A stretch of 64,000 bases of DNA from Candidatus Eiseniibacteriota bacterium (GTDB taxonomy: Bacteria; Eisenbacteria; RBG-16-71-46): assembly GCA_963717505.1 (NCBI GenBank), contig OY970342.1, positions 3,968,001-4,032,000 on the forward strand, given 5' to 3'. The notes beneath the pieces are model-generated. The model was not told the origin of the DNA, did no database searches, and saw only the letters and a list, made by a program, of their open reading frames with translations. Of the stretch, positions 32,706 through 44,533 are shown in pieces. The translations under genes and the position numbers were made by a program. The first letter of the stretch is position 1; each line of letters begins with the position of its first letter.

Positions 32706-35342
32706 ATGCCTCGGCCAGTTCTCTATCGCATCGACCTCGCGCTGCTCCGTGACAAGAGCGACACCGACAAAGCGCAGGTCCCGCTTGGTCCCGCCGTCGT
32801 CAGCTTCTTTCTGCAAGGCGCTACTTCGAGCAACACGAGCGGCGTGACCGTGCCAACCGGAAGTTCGACGATTGAGGTATTCGACATCGGTGACGTGATG
32901 GCAGGTGACGTCGTTCAGGCGGGAGTGGATGGCACCGCGATCACGGTCACAGCGGTGGACAGTCCCACCCTACTCACGGTGTCCAATGGCGGTGCGGCAT
33001 TCACGCTCAACCCGCGCACCCGACTCATCATGCTCACGCGTCGGCCCGAACTCTACTCCGATCCGCTCGGCACGGCGCCGATCGGGCCCAACCTGCTGTC
33101 CGATGCCACCGGCCGAGCTCAGGGCTACATCAGCCGATCGCGCTATGACTACATCGTGCAAGCCAACACGCGGGACAAGGCCGAACTTGTCAGCGCCTCC
33201 TCGGGCAGCGGCGCTGCAGTGAACGCGCTCACGTGGAACCATGCCTCCTCGGGCAGCGACCGGATCCTTTTTGTCGCCGTGACGCTGGCGCCTGCTCCCG
33301 ATGAGGCGATCATCGAGTCGGTGACGTACGCGGGAATCCGGCTGACGTTCGTCGGCGAAACTGCGAACCTCAAACTCTACCGGCTATTCGAGCCTCCCGT
33401 GGGAACCTATCCCGTCGTCGTGCAACTCACGCCGTCCAGCTCAGGGAACGTCGTGGGTGGCGCAGTGACCGCAGCGGGTGTGGATCCGACGACTTTTATC
33501 GCCCCGGCAGCGGCCACGGGTTCCTCCTCGTTGACGAGCGTGACCCTGAACTCTGTCGCCGCCAAGAGCATGACCTTCGCGATGGTTGCGGTCGCAGATC
33601 AGTCGACGGGGGTATCGGTCACGTCTGGGAGCAGCCAAACGGAGCGGTGGGATGCAACCGCCGGTACGTCGGTGCCAACCATCGTGACCAGCGCGGGAGC
33701 AACCAAGGAAATACCTGGGGCTGGCAATCAGGCGCTAGGTTTCATCTTGAGCGAGTCCCGGCCATGGCAGACGTTGGCGACTGAGCTCCGCTACCTGAGC
33801 GAAAAACTCTCTCTGTCGCGGCTATACATCGACGCGGTCGGCGGCACACAGCCTTCACCCGCCTGGGTGAATGCCCGGGACTTTTCGACGATTCAGGCGG
33901 CGATCGATTCCCTGCCCGCCACGGGCGGTGTCGTATACGCGCCCTCGGGCACCTACAACGTCACGACCACCACGATTCCTGAGAACAAACCGGTCCATCT
34001 CATGGGCGATGGCGCCGACCGCACGATCCTGTTCTGCGCCGATCCTGAGCTGGACATCCTTCGCATCGAAAGCAGCCTGACGACCATCGAGAACCTGACG
34101 ATCAAGGGCCCGTACCTCGTACCTTCGGAACCCAATATCAGGGGAAGAGGTGTTGTGATCGGCATTCCTGGCAACACGATCGATGCATTGCGCCGCGTGT
34201 CGATCATCGGCTGCCGAATAGTCGACACGGCCAGCTGGGCGCTGTATCTGAGAGGCACAGGTGACTCCGTCCCGGTAGATCCGGAACGGCTACTGATTTG
34301 GGGTCAGTTCGAGCGCACGGACTTTCAGCACAACCGTACCGGTGGACTGGTCGAGGTCCGGGTTGGCAACAACGGCAACGCGTTCAAGAACTGTTCCTTC
34401 ACCCAGTTCCATGGCCCCGCCCTGAACGCGTTCGGGGCGTCCTCCCTCTCACTTCAGACCTGCACGTTCGAAGACAAGCTCGATGACGCTGTCGCCTACG
34501 TCATGCTCGACTCCGACAACAACGTCCTTCTGGATTCGTGCTGGTTTGAGCAGCATTTCTCGGAGGACCTGACCAAGCCGTTCATCCACGTCGGGGTTGC
34601 AAACGCTTGCCACGAGGTTGCTATCCACAACTGCCGCTTCGTTCGACAGACCGGGGACCTACCACGACTCATTCAGGTGGACAGCAATTCCAAAGGCGTC
34701 TCGATCGTCAATCCGACGTGCCACATGGTCAAGGCACCGAAGCTATTCGCGCTTCGCGTGAACGGGCCCGACGACGAGAAGGACATCAACATCGTTGGAC
34801 AATCCGAGGTGTACTTGTCGGGAGCCGTGATCACCAGCGACGTGAGCACAATACCTGCCGTGGTTGTTGCCTCGGCCACCGGTGTTGTGACCGCGGGTCT
34901 CGGGCCACGGACCACGCCACCCCACCTCTCCGAGACTCAGCGCGATGATCCTCTGAGTCTTGCCCTAGACAGGAAGCATGGGGATACGATCTACAACACC
35001 AACCTCGAACGCCTGCAGGAATGGAGTGGGACCGACTGGCTACCAGTGCGGGTCACGCCATCGGGAACGGGGGACAACGTTACTGGGACCGTCTACAGCG
35101 GCACCGGCCTGGCACGTGTCAGTGCGTACGTGACCCGCAGCGGGGCTGGGACGGTCGAGCTGAAGATCGAATGGACCGACTCCGTCGGGGCACGCTCCGC
35201 GACCATCGCCCTAGCCCCGTCCCCTGGATCCGACTTCGCGCAGGGTCAACTCGTCGTCACAAGTGAAGGCGCGGTCACCTACCGCGTCATAAACCCTCTC
35301 CTGGTTCCATGGCAGGTGACCATCAGTGCCGAACAGATCTGA
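32706..35342 (+). CDS. Tailspike/depolymerase-like right-handed beta-helix protein
   Basis: RBS GGAGGT; 'WVNARDFSTIQAAIDSLPATGGVVYAPSGTY' pectate-lyase-3-like entry followed by beta-helix repeats; 'LSETQRD..GDTIYNTNLERLQEWSGTDW' fibre-type motif; no signal peptide seen. Confidence 0.65.
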   Translation: MPRPVLYRIDLALLRDKSDTDKAQVPLGPAVVSFFLQGATSSNTSGVTVPTGSSTIEVFDIGDVMAGDVVQAGVDGTAITVTAVDSPTLLTVSNGGAAFTLNPRTRLIMLTRRPELYSDPLGTAPIGPNLLSDATGRAQGYISRSRYDYIVQANTRDKAELVSASSGSGAAVNALTWNHASSGSDRILFVAVTLAPAPDEAIIESVTYAGIRLTFVGETANLKLYRLFEPPVGTYPVVVQLTPSSSGNVVGGAVTAAGVDPTTFIAPAAATGSSSLTSVTLNSVAAKSMTFAMVAVADQSTGVSVTSGSSQTERWDATAGTSVPTIVTSAGATKEIPGAGNQALGFILSESRPWQTLATELRYLSEKLSLSRLYIDAVGGTQPSPAWVNARDFSTIQAAIDSLPATGGVVYAPSGTYNVTTTTIPENKPVHLMGDGADRTILFCADPELDILRIESSLTTIENLTIKGPYLVPSEPNIRGRGVVIGIPGNTIDALRRVSIIGCRIVDTASWALYLRGTGDSVPVDPERLLIWGQFERTDFQHNRTGGLVEVRVGNNGNAFKNCSFTQFHGPALNAFGASSLSLQTCTFEDKLDDAVAYVMLDSDNNVLLDSCWFEQHFSEDLTKPFIHVGVANACHEVAIHNCRFVRQTGDLPRLIQVDSNSKGVSIVNPTCHMVKAPKLFALRVNGPDDEKDINIVGQSEVYLSGAVITSDVSTIPAVVVASATGVVTAGLGPRTTPPHLSETQRDDPLSLALDRKHGDTIYNTNLERLQEWSGTDWLPVRVTPSGTGDNVTGTVYSGTGLARVSAYVTRSGAGTVELKIEWTDSVGARSATIALAPSPGSDFAQGQLVVTSEGAVTYRVINPLLVPWQVTISAEQI

Positions 35343-36789
35343 CGAACGATTCACGGCTTCGAAAGGTTCGTGTTCCAGCGTGAGTATTCGGCATCTGCGA
35401 TCGGGCCGCGCAGTGCTGTGTTGCGGGGCGCTTGCCTTCATCGGGGTTCTCGTCCCATCTCAGGCTCCAGCCGAGTTGTTTTCGGCGCCTTCGTTTTACG
35501 CGGTGAGCCGACCATGGGACTCCCCCGTGTTTGATGCGAATCGCGACGGCCTCCTTGACCTCCTGGTCACGCAGATGCATGTCGATTCCGCGACTGTCTT
35601 CCACAATGTTGGCAACGGACTTCTGGTGAAATCATGGTCGTTACGGCCGGCGAGTAGCCCTGCCGGTGCGATCGCCGGCGACTTCAACGGTGACTCGTTC
35701 GACGATATCGCGATCGCCTGCATCCACGACACGTTGGCAGTCCTCCTTTCCCGTCCGGACGGAGGGTTTTCGCACACGAAGTACTACGCCAACGGACGGA
35801 TCGTAGGCATAGCGAGTGGAGACTTCAATAGCGATGGATCGCCGGATCTGGTGCTCGCCGGATCCGACTATGGCATCGTGCACCTGTGGAGAAATGATGG
35901 TTCTGGAGGATTCTGGTTTTGGACCAGCTATGTCAGGGGCGGAAGTATCCAGACCGTGGCGACTGGCGATTTCGATCGCGACGGCTTTCTCGATGTGGCC
36001 GCCTCGAACACATGGTCTACGACATTGCTGGTATTGCGTGGCCCCGCGCTAAGCCCCACATACGCCGCGGCCTCGGATGCGCAAACTGGGGTGGTTGCGG
36101 CTGACTTCGATGGCGACGGGTTCCTGGACCTCGTTGCGGCGAGCTACTACCACTACTCCATCTTCTTGTTGCGCGGCCGCGGCGACGGAACGTTCGAACT
36201 GCCCGCTGAGATCTGGCTCTCTGGCTACCCCTACCGACTTGAGGTTGCAGATTTCAATCTCGACGGGCGTCGCGACCTAGCTGTCTCGAGCGATGGAAAG
36301 GTTCTGATCCTGATAGGCAACGGTGATTGTACGTTCGCAGCTCCCCTAGAGGTCCTCCTGCCATCACCATACGACTATGCGCTGGCACGGGCAGGAGACC
36401 TCGACGGGAACGGGTCGCCGGACCTCGTCGTTTGCCAGACCTTCAGCGACACAGTCGCGGTGTTCCTGAATACCATGGGAGGAGTCACCAGCGTGCAGGA
36501 TGGCAGCTCGGGCCTTGGCATCACGAATCCTTTGCGCGCGACCGTGATGCCGAATCCCGCGATCGGTCACTTCTCGGTGGCGGTTAGCTTGCCAGAGGCG
36601 GGATCAGCACGCCTGGAGCTTCTGGACGTCCAAGGTCGGCTGATCGAGTCCCGTGACGTAGGACCGTCCGGATCGGGCCGCCACACGGTGTCGATCGGAT
36701 CTCAGAGCCATCTGCGACCAGGGATCTACCTAGTTCGGCTTCGTAAGGGGAACCGCGTCGTGACGACGAGAGCTTGTCTCATCGACTAA
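35326..36789 (+). CDS. FG-GAP/VCBS repeat protein with a FlgD/T9SS-like C-terminal domain
   Basis: Repeated 'GDFNGD..DDI', 'DFDRDGFLDV', 'GDLDGNGSPDL'; tail 'MPNP..LLDVQGR..PGIYLVRL'. True start may lie slightly downstream. Confidence 0.85.
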   Translation: MPNRSDERFTASKGSCSSVSIRHLRSGRAVLCCGALAFIGVLVPSQAPAELFSAPSFYAVSRPWDSPVFDANRDGLLDLLVTQMHVDSATVFHNVGNGLLVKSWSLRPASSPAGAIAGDFNGDSFDDIAIACIHDTLAVLLSRPDGGFSHTKYYANGRIVGIASGDFNSDGSPDLVLAGSDYGIVHLWRNDGSGGFWFWTSYVRGGSIQTVATGDFDRDGFLDVAASNTWSTTLLVLRGPALSPTYAAASDAQTGVVAADFDGDGFLDLVAASYYHYSIFLLRGRGDGTFELPAEIWLSGYPYRLEVADFNLDGRRDLAVSSDGKVLILIGNGDCTFAAPLEVLLPSPYDYALARAGDLDGNGSPDLVVCQTFSDTVAVFLNTMGGVTSVQDGSSGLGITNPLRATVMPNPAIGHFSVAVSLPEAGSARLELLDVQGRLIESRDVGPSGSGRHTVSIGSQSHLRPGIYLVRLRKGNRVVTTRACLID

Positions 36790-36952
36790 GCCCCGAAGCA
36801 AGGGCCGCGCGTCGCTCAAGACGACGGCGCGCAAGCTGCGCCAGGAATCTAGCTGGGTCAATTGATTCAAGGACCGCGTGGTCACCGCCAGGGCCACCCT
36901 AGCGAAGTGAACAGGAGTCACCTACCGGCCGCAACTCAGGACGGAGGAACTC

Positions 36953-37300
36953 ATGAATACCAAGGCAAGCGGCACCCGGTTCGATCTCCAGGGCGCCATC
37001 GATGCGCTGCCCCCGGAAGGTGGAACCATCTCCATCCCGCCCGGGAACTATCGCTTGGAAGACGCCCTGCGCCTCCGCCGAAGGAACGCCCGCTTGACCG
37101 GTGCGGGCGCCGACTCGACACGGATCGCCAGCGTGGACCCATCCGCCCCGGTCGTCACGGTCGAGCAAGATTCTTGCACGATCGAGGGGCTACATATCGG
37201 CCATGCGCCCGGTCAAGCCGCGATCGAGATCAGGCCGGAGGGGAAAGACGCTGAGATCCGGGACGTTTCGATCGAGGGCACGCCTCTCGAAGATATTTGA
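36953..37300 (+). CDS. Short pectate-lyase-3-like beta-helix protein or fragment
   Basis: 'DLQGAIDALPPEGGTISIPPGNYRL..LTGAGADST..TIEGL'; RBS GGAGG. Confidence 0.65.
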   Translation: MNTKASGTRFDLQGAIDALPPEGGTISIPPGNYRLEDALRLRRRNARLTGAGADSTRIASVDPSAPVVTVEQDSCTIEGLHIGHAPGQAAIEIRPEGKDAEIRDVSIEGTPLEDI

Positions 37301-37342
37301 GGCGCTATGCGTCCGAGAGGTGACGGCCACCGCGTAGGAATC

Positions 37343-37377
37343 CACTCACGGCCCGGCGTCAACGCGGGCCGTGGGTG
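37343..37377. terminator. Hairpin between convergent genes
   Basis: CACTCACGGCCCG-loop-CGGGCCGTGGGTG; no clear U-tract. Confidence 0.4.
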
Positions 37378-37411
37378 TTGGTTCGCCGCCTCCCCTGTTT
37401 GCGTCGCCGAT

Positions 37412-38611
37412 CTAGGCTCGCGCCCACGCCAGGCCGCGTGCGATTTCCAGCGGCGTGCGTTGGGTGACCTCCTCGCCGGGTTTCCGGCTCCCGCGCGCAG
37501 CGCGGTCGAGATCCGGGTAATCGGGATAGAGTGCCGCGTGCCGGAGCAGGATCTGCCGGACGGCGTCGTCGCCCTCGGCGGCCACCGCCAGCGTCGCCCC
37601 CGAGAACGCGGCCGGCTCGCGATGGCGCACGGTGGCCTGACGCGCGAGGCGCGCCGCCTCGTCGCCGTCGCCCATGCGGAACCGCAGCAGGGCAAGCGCC
37701 TGCCACGCCAGGGCGTAGGTGCGATTGCGCGCGAGTGCTCGCTCGAACGCGTTGCGCGCCGAGGCGACGTTGCCGGCGCGTTCGTAGGCGAGCCCGGCCC
37801 AGAACCTCAGGTCGGCGTACTCGCCGAACCTGCCGATCGCGTGGTCGAATCCGCGTGCCGCCTCGGCGGCGGCGCCATGGGCCAGGCGCTCGCGACCCTG
37901 GATCAGCGCCGCGCGCGATCCACCGGTCCCGATCGAGCGTGCGACCTCGACGTGGGGCGCCGCCTCGGCGGTAGCACCCAGGTCGAGCAACAGCTCGGCG
38001 AGCGCCAGCCGCGCTTCGAGGGCTGCGGGTTCCTGTGCGATGCGCCGATCGAGGGCGGCCCGCACGCGCGCCGTCTCCTCGCCCAGTATCGGGTCACGCC
38101 ACAGTCGCCACGGCGAGGCGGCATCGGCAATCCCAGCGGGAAACGCTTCGGCCATCGGTGCTGCGCGAGCCAGGGCGCGCACCGCAGGGCCACGTTCGCC
38201 GGCCGTCTCGTGACATGCCGAGCGCATCAGCGCGGTGGTCGCCGAGCGATGGCCCGACCGCTCCAGCCAGTCCAGCTCGGCCAGGGCGGCGCCGATCCGG
38301 CCCGAGCGCTCGTACAGCCGGGCGCGCAGGTAGCGCAACTCGGCACGCGCGGGATCGCGCGCCAGCGCTCGCTCGACGGCCTGGGCGGCATCCGAGAAAC
38401 GCTGGGCGTGGTAGAGCGAGCGCACGTGGTCGGCGCGCGCCGCCACCGCGCGTAGCCGAGCCCGCGCGGCACGCGGGTCGCCATCGCCATAGGCGCGCAC
38501 CTCACGCTCGAGATCCTCGGCGATCGATGCGAAGTGATCCGCCAACGGTGCATCGAACCCCGGATCCGGGACTTCGGGATCCGGAACGGAATACGGGCTC
38601 AGGGCAGTCAT
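37412..38611 (-). CDS. Tetratricopeptide-repeat protein downstream of ftsZ
   Basis: Repeated 'A...ERALA.DP..A.L.Y..A.LY..G' TPR patterns; 'YADL', 'PDYPDL'. Confidence 0.75.
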   Translation of the reverse strand: MTALSPYSVPDPEVPDPGFDAPLADHFASIAEDLEREVRAYGDGDPRAARARLRAVAARADHVRSLYHAQRFSDAAQAVERALARDPARAELRYLRARLYERSGRIGAALAELDWLERSGHRSATTALMRSACHETAGERGPAVRALARAAPMAEAFPAGIADAASPWRLWRDPILGEETARVRAALDRRIAQEPAALEARLALAELLLDLGATAEAAPHVEVARSIGTGGSRAALIQGRERLAHGAAAEAARGFDHAIGRFGEYADLRFWAGLAYERAGNVASARNAFERALARNRTYALAWQALALLRFRMGDGDEAARLARQATVRHREPAAFSGATLAVAAEGDDAVRQILLRHAALYPDYPDLDRAARGSRKPGEEVTQRTPLEIARGLAWARA

Positions 38612-38669
38612 GGTAGGTCGGGGCGGGGCGCGACCACGCAGGTTCCGCGGATCGCGCCCTCCGCTCCTC

Positions 38670-39800
38670 TCAGTCCATGCCCTTGCGCAGGAACGCCGGC
38701 ACTTCGAGCGACGAGCCACGGTCGTTGCGCGACCAACGGCTGCCGTTCTCTTCGTTGCGGCGCCACTGCGGCGAGCGCAACTCCTCGCCCTGCACGGCCT
38801 CGCGCGCCTGCTTGTCGACCAGGCGCAGCCGTGGCTCGGTGTGGCCGAACCCGGTGGCGACCACGGTGATCACCATCTCGCCGTCCATGTTGGGATCGAT
38901 CACCGCGCCGAAGATCACGTTGGCTTCCTCGCCCGCCGCGCTCGACCACGACGCTCGACGCCTCGTTGACCTCGTGCAGCGTGAGGTCGCGGCCGCCGGT
39001 GATGTTGACCAGCACGCCCTCGGCGCCCGCGATCGAGACGTCCTCGAGCAGCGGGCTCGACACCGCCATCTGCGCCGCCTCGACCGCGCGGTTCGGGCCC
39101 GTGGCGCGGCCGGTGCCCATCAGCGCGTTGCCGCGGTTCGACATCACCGCCTTGACGTCGGCGAAGTCGAGGTTGACGAGCCCCGGCACCGTGACCAGGT
39201 CCGAGATGCCCTTGGTCGCCTTGAGCAGCACCTCGTCGCACGACGCTGAACGCGTCGGTCAGCGAGGTGCCCTGCTCGACCACCGCGAGCAGCCGCTCGT
39301 TGGGGATCACGATCAGCGTGTCGACTTCGGCGCGCAGCTCGGCGAGTCCCTCGTCGGCCTGGCGCATGCGGCGCCGGCCCTCGAACGGGAACGGCTTGGT
39401 CACGACCGCCACGGTGAGCGCACCCGTGCGCTTGGCCAGGCGCGCCACCACCGGCGCCGCGCCGGTGCCGGTGCCGCCGCCCATGCCGGCGGTGATGAAC
39501 ACCATGTCGCTGTCGGCGAGCGCGTCGGCGATCGCCTGCTCGTCCTCTTCCGCCGCGCGCCGGCCCTGCGACGGGATCGCCGCCCGAGCCGAGCCCGCGC
39601 GTGGTGGTGGCGCCGATCTGGATGCGGGTCGGCGCCAGCGACTGGTTGAGCGCCTGCATGTCGGTGTTGGCGGCGATGAAGTCCACGCCGCGCAGCCCGG
39701 CGCCGATCATGCGGTTGACGGCGTTGCCGCCCGCGCCGCCGACGCCGACCACCTTGAGCTCGGCGGTCATCGTGTTCTCGATTTCCAGTTCGAACGACAT
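38670..39800 (-). CDS. ftsZ: Cell division protein FtsZ (frameshifted)
   Basis: [37 protein letters not shown]-terminal LEVPAFLRK. Confidence 0.97.
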
Positions 39801-39869
39801 GTCACGCTCCCTGTGTTGCGGAGGGCCGGCGCCGGGCGTTCCGGCGATCCCGTCCCCCACCGTCCTTGG

Positions 39870-41124
39870 CTAGTGGTACAGAAGGTTCATGAACCATTGG
39901 CGCAAATCCCGCCCGCTGCGGCGTCCGGGCGCGATCGCGCGATCTCGATGTCCGTTGGTCTCCGCGACCTCCTGCGCGCCGCGTGCAGCACGAGCCCCAC
40001 GCCGGTCGAGTAGCGCGGGTCGGCGACGTTGGCGGCCAGGCCACCGAGCCCCTGCGGGCACGCCCAGCCGCACCGGCATCTCGAACACCTGCTCCGCCAG
40101 CTCGACGACCCCCGGCATCAGCGACGTGCCGCCGGTGAGCACGACGCCGCCGCCGAGCAGCTCGGCGAAGTGGTTCTTCTTCACTTCCTTGTTGGCGAGC
40201 GCGAAGATCTCCTCCATGCGCGGCTCGATCATCGAGGCCAGCACGTGGCGCGAGATCTCGCGGTCGGCGCGGCCGCCGACGCCCGAGACGCGTGACCGTC
40301 GTCCTCGGCGGGCACCAGCGAGGCCAGCGCGCAGCCGTGCTGGATCTTGATCGGCTCGGCCTTGTCGATCGGCGTGCGCAGCCCGATCGCGATGTCGTTG
40401 GTCACGTTCGCGCCGCCGAACGGGATGATCGCCGTGTGGCGGATCGAGCCCTCGAAGAACACCGCGACGTCGGTGGTGCCGCCGCCGATGTCGAGCAGCA
40501 CGACGCCGAGGTCGCGCTCGTCCGGCGCCGAGCACCGCGTGGCTCGAGGCCAGCGGCTCGAGCACCAGGTCGTAGCACCTTGAGCCCGGCGCGCTGGATC
40601 GCGCGGCAGATGTTCTTCGCCGAGGTCACCGCGCCGGTGATGATGTGGACCTCGGCCTCGAGCCGCACGCCGCTCATGCCGACCGGGTCCTTGATGCCGT
40701 CCTGGTCGTCGACGATGAACTCCTGCGGGATGACGTGGATGATCTCGCGGTCCATCGGGATCGCGATCGCCTTGGCGGCCTCGACCACGCGGTCGACGTC
40801 GGCCGGCGCCGATCTCGTTGTCCTTGCGCGAGACCGCGATCACGCCGCGGCTGTTGATGCTGCGGATGTGGTCGCCGGCGATGCCGGCGTACACGCCCTT
40901 GACCGGCACGCCCGGCCATGCGCTCGGCCTCGTCGACCGCGCGCTGGATGCTGCCGACCGTCTTCTCGAGGTCGACCACCACGCCGCGGCGCAGCCCCTC
41001 GCTCGGCGCGTTGCCGATGCCGACCACGCGCAGCTCGCTCGCCGCCGTTCTGGTCGGCGATGATGCACGAGATCTTGGTCGTGCCGATGTCGAGCCCGAC
41101 GAACGTCCGTGTCCCCTGTGCCAT
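39870..41124 (-). CDS. ftsA: Cell division protein FtsA (frameshifted)
   Basis: GLDIGTTKI, PVGMSGVRLEAEVH, LEPLASS, DIGGGTTD, GVVLTGG. Confidence 0.95.
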
Positions 41125-41146
41125 GTTCGCCTCCCTGTCGGTAGTT

Positions 41147-41983
41147 TCAGCTCGTAGGAGATCCGGCGTCCGCGCGGTCGCATCCGGTCTCGGCCGGCCT
41201 CACGATCACCTGGTCCTGAACCGCACGTCCACTTCGTGCGCCGGGCGCCGCGCTGCTCGAGATCGGCCAGCACCACCCGCAGCGCCGACAGCGCGCGCAC
41301 GTCCGGCGGCCACGCCGGCGCCAGCACGCGCGTGCCATTCATCAGCAGGAGCGCGGTCGAGCGCTCCGTCGGAGACGTCGATCTCCGACACCCGTCCGGC
41401 GAGCTGCAGCTCGCGGGCCGACAGCGCCGACACCCACGCGAGCCCGCGGCGCACGTCCGCGGTGCGACCTGAGCGCCTGCCGGGCAGGGCCGCGAACGTC
41501 GGCGCCGGTCAGCAGCGGCACGTCGGCGACCACGCCATCGCCGCAGCGGCGCCAGCAGCACGCCGGTCGAGTCGATCTCCCACGGCACGCCGTGCCGCAC
41601 CAGCAGCACCGGACGTCGCTCGGCAATCGTGATCCGCAGCGAGCGCAGGCCCGACGCGCGCAACGCGCGCCTCGCCGATGCGCGGCTCGAGCAGCAGCTT
41701 CTGGCGGGCGCGGTCGCAGGTCGAGCGTCCAGGAGGTCCGTCGCCGGCGGCCAGACCCGCGAGCTTGGCGACGCGCTCCGGCGTCGAGGTAGCGCGCGCC
41801 GCGCGACGTCGCACCTCGCGTCACGACCGCCCAGCGTTCGCGCGCTTCCGCCCAGGGCAGGTGGACCAGCACGGCGCCGAGCCCCAGGACTCCGAGCACC
41901 TGGAGGATGCGCATCGGAAGACCGACTCGCCGCACCCGGCGCGGCTCGCGGCGCAGCGCGCGTCCCTGGTAGAGCGGCGTCAT
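41147..41983 (-). CDS. ftsQ: Cell division protein FtsQ/DivIB (frameshifted; end approximate)
   Basis: One TM helix, POTRA-like 'LLLEPRIGEARV..LRITIAERRP', 'VSEIDVS', 'EVDVRF.DQVIVRP'; located between murC and ftsA. Confidence 0.8.
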
Positions 41984-43378
41984 CGGGACGCCCCCGCCAC
42001 GCCGGCGCCGCGCCTCAGATGCACGAGCACCTCGTCGGCCAGCTTCCACACGTCGCCGGCGCCGAGCGTCAGCACCACGTCGCCCGGCCGCGCCTCGCGC
42101 GCGGCCTGCTCGGCCGCGGCGTGCGGGTCGGGCGCGTGCGCGATCGCACGGTGGCCCTTGGCCTGACTGACCAGGGTCGCGGCACTCACGCCTTCGATCG
42201 GCGACTCGCCGGCGGCGTAGACGTCGAGCACCCAGACGCGGTCGGCCTCGCGAAGCGCCGCGCCGAACTCCGCGGCCAGCGCCGCGGTGCGCGTGTAGCG
42301 GTGCGGCTGGAAGATCACCAGCACGCGGCCGCCCAGGCCGCGCGCCGCCGCCAGCGTCGCCGCGATCTCGGTCGGGTGGTGGCCGTAGTCGTCGATCACG
42401 CGCACGCCGCCGCACTCGCCGCGGGTCTCGAAGCGCCGGCCGACGCCGCGGAACTCGGCCAGCGCCTCGGCGACGTGGCCGAAGCCGACCTCGAGCTCGA
42501 GCCCGACCGCGACCGCGGCCAGCGCGTTCAGCACGTTGTGCCGGCCGGGCACCCGCAGCTCGACCTCGCCGCAGCGCACGGCCCACCAGCGTGCGACCAC
42601 GGAAGCGCGAGCCGTGCGGCTCGCAGCCGGACTCGATCGGCGCGCACCTCGGCCTCGGGGCGCGTGCCGTAGAGCAACGTGCGCTTGGTGACCCGCGGCA
42701 GGATCGCCGCGCACCTCGGGTCGTCCACGCACAGGATGCGAGACGCCGTAGAACGGCACCCGGTTCGCGAAGTAGATGAACGCCTGACGGATGTCGTCCA
42801 GGTCCTTGTAGTGGTCCAGGTGCTCGCGGTCGACGTTGGTGATCACCGCGACCGCCGGCGCCAGCCGCAGGAACGAGCCGTCGCTCTCGTCGGCCTCGGC
42901 GACCAGGAACTGCCCGTGCCCGAGCCGGGCGTTGGCGCCGAGCGCGTGCAGCCGGCCGCCGACCACGATCGTCGGGTCGAGTCCGCCGCGCGCGAGCACC
43001 GCGGCGACCATCGAGGTGGTCGTGGTCTTGCCGTGCGAGCCGCCGACCGCGACGCCGTACTTCATGCGCATCAGCTCGGCCAGCATCTCGGCGCGCGCGA
43101 TCACCGGGATCGCCGGCCTCGCGCGCCGCGCTCGACCTCGGGGTTGTCCGCGCGCACCGCGGTCGAGTGCACCACGACGTGCGCGCCCTCGACGTTCGCC
43201 GCGGCGTGACCGACGAACACGCGGCCGCCGAGCGACACCAGGCGCTCGGTGACCTCGCTCGCCTTGCAGGTCGCTGCCCGACACCTGGTAGCCCATGGTG
43301 AGCAGCACCTCGGCGATGCCGCGACATGCCGGTGCCGCCGATGCCGATGAAGTGGATGCGGTGGGCGCGTCCGTACAT
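41980..43378 (-). CDS. murC: UDP-N-acetylmuramate--L-alanine ligase (frameshifted)
   Basis: [49 protein letters not shown]. Confidence 0.95.
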
Positions 43379-44533
43379 CAGCGCTCCCGCTCGTCGACGT
43401 GAGCCCGTCGGCGCGCACGGCCTTCCGGCCGGCCGACCAGCGCTCGAGGCTGCGCACGATGCGCTCGGCGGCGTCGGGGCGCGCGAACGTGCGCGCGTTG
43501 GCCGACATGCGCGACAGGCGCCTGGCGGTCCGACGAGCCAGTGCGCGATCTCCTGCGCCAGCCGCTCGCCGGTCAGCTCGCGGTCGAGGATCATCGCCGC
43601 CGCACCGCGATCGACCAGGTTCATGGCGTTCACCACCTGGTGATCGTGCGCCGCGTACGGGTACGGCACCAGGATCGCCGGCGTGCCGCACACCGCGATC
43701 TCGGCCAGCGTCATCGCGCCCGAGCGGCAGACCACCAGGTCGGCGACGGCGTAGGCCATGTGGATCTGGCGCAGGAACGGCAGCGACCCGCGCCGGCAGC
43801 TGCTCGCTGCTCGACCTCGCCCTTGCGCCCACTCGAAGTCCTCGCGGCCGGTCTGCAGGATGAACTGCACGTCGACGCGACCCTTCAGCCGCCGCATCGC
43901 GTCGAGCGCCGCCTCGTTGATGCGGTGCGCGCCGCGGCTGCCGCCGAAGATGAACACGGTCGGGCGTGCCGGCGGCCAGCGCCGAACTCGCGCATCGCCG
44001 CGGTCGCGATCGCCGCTCAGGATGTAGGCGCGCACCGGATTGCCGGTGACCTTGAGGTGGTCCTTGCGCGCGAAGTAGCGAGCGCGCCTCGACGAACGAC
44101 AGGTGGACCTCGTCGGCGATCCGCGCCAGCCAGCGGTTCGCGAGGCCGGGAATGCTGTTCTGCTCCTGGAGCAGCAGCGGCCGGCCCAGCATCCACGCCG
44201 CGAGCGCCACCGGCACGCTGACGTAGCCGCCGGTGCCGAGCACGACGTCGGGCCGCTCGGTCGCGCACCACCCAGACCGCCTGGAAGAAGCCGATCACGT
44301 TCGCGAGCGCGGCGCCACGGCCAGCGCCACCAGGCGCGGCGCGGGAAGCCGCGCGTCAGCGACGAAGCGAATCCGGAAGCCGGCTTCGGGCACCGCCGGC
44401 CGCCTCGAGCCCGCGCTGGCCGCCGACGAACACGACCTCGGCGCCGGGACGCAGCCGCGCGCAGCTCCTCGGCGACCGCGATGCCGGGGAACACGTGCCC
44501 GCCGGTGCCGCCGCCCGCGATCATGACCTTCAT
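43378..44533 (-). CDS. murG: Lipid II N-acetylglucosaminyltransferase MurG (frameshifted)
   Basis: [52 protein letters not shown]. Confidence 0.95.

Noticed and set aside
36860-36900. Fifth sigma-28 promoter (TCAAG-N15-GCCAGGGC)
   Set aside because: The -10 box lacks the conserved CGA core.
32600-37400. Prophage or integrative element
   Set aside because: I saw no integrase, terminase, capsid, transposase, tRNA target or flanking direct repeats.
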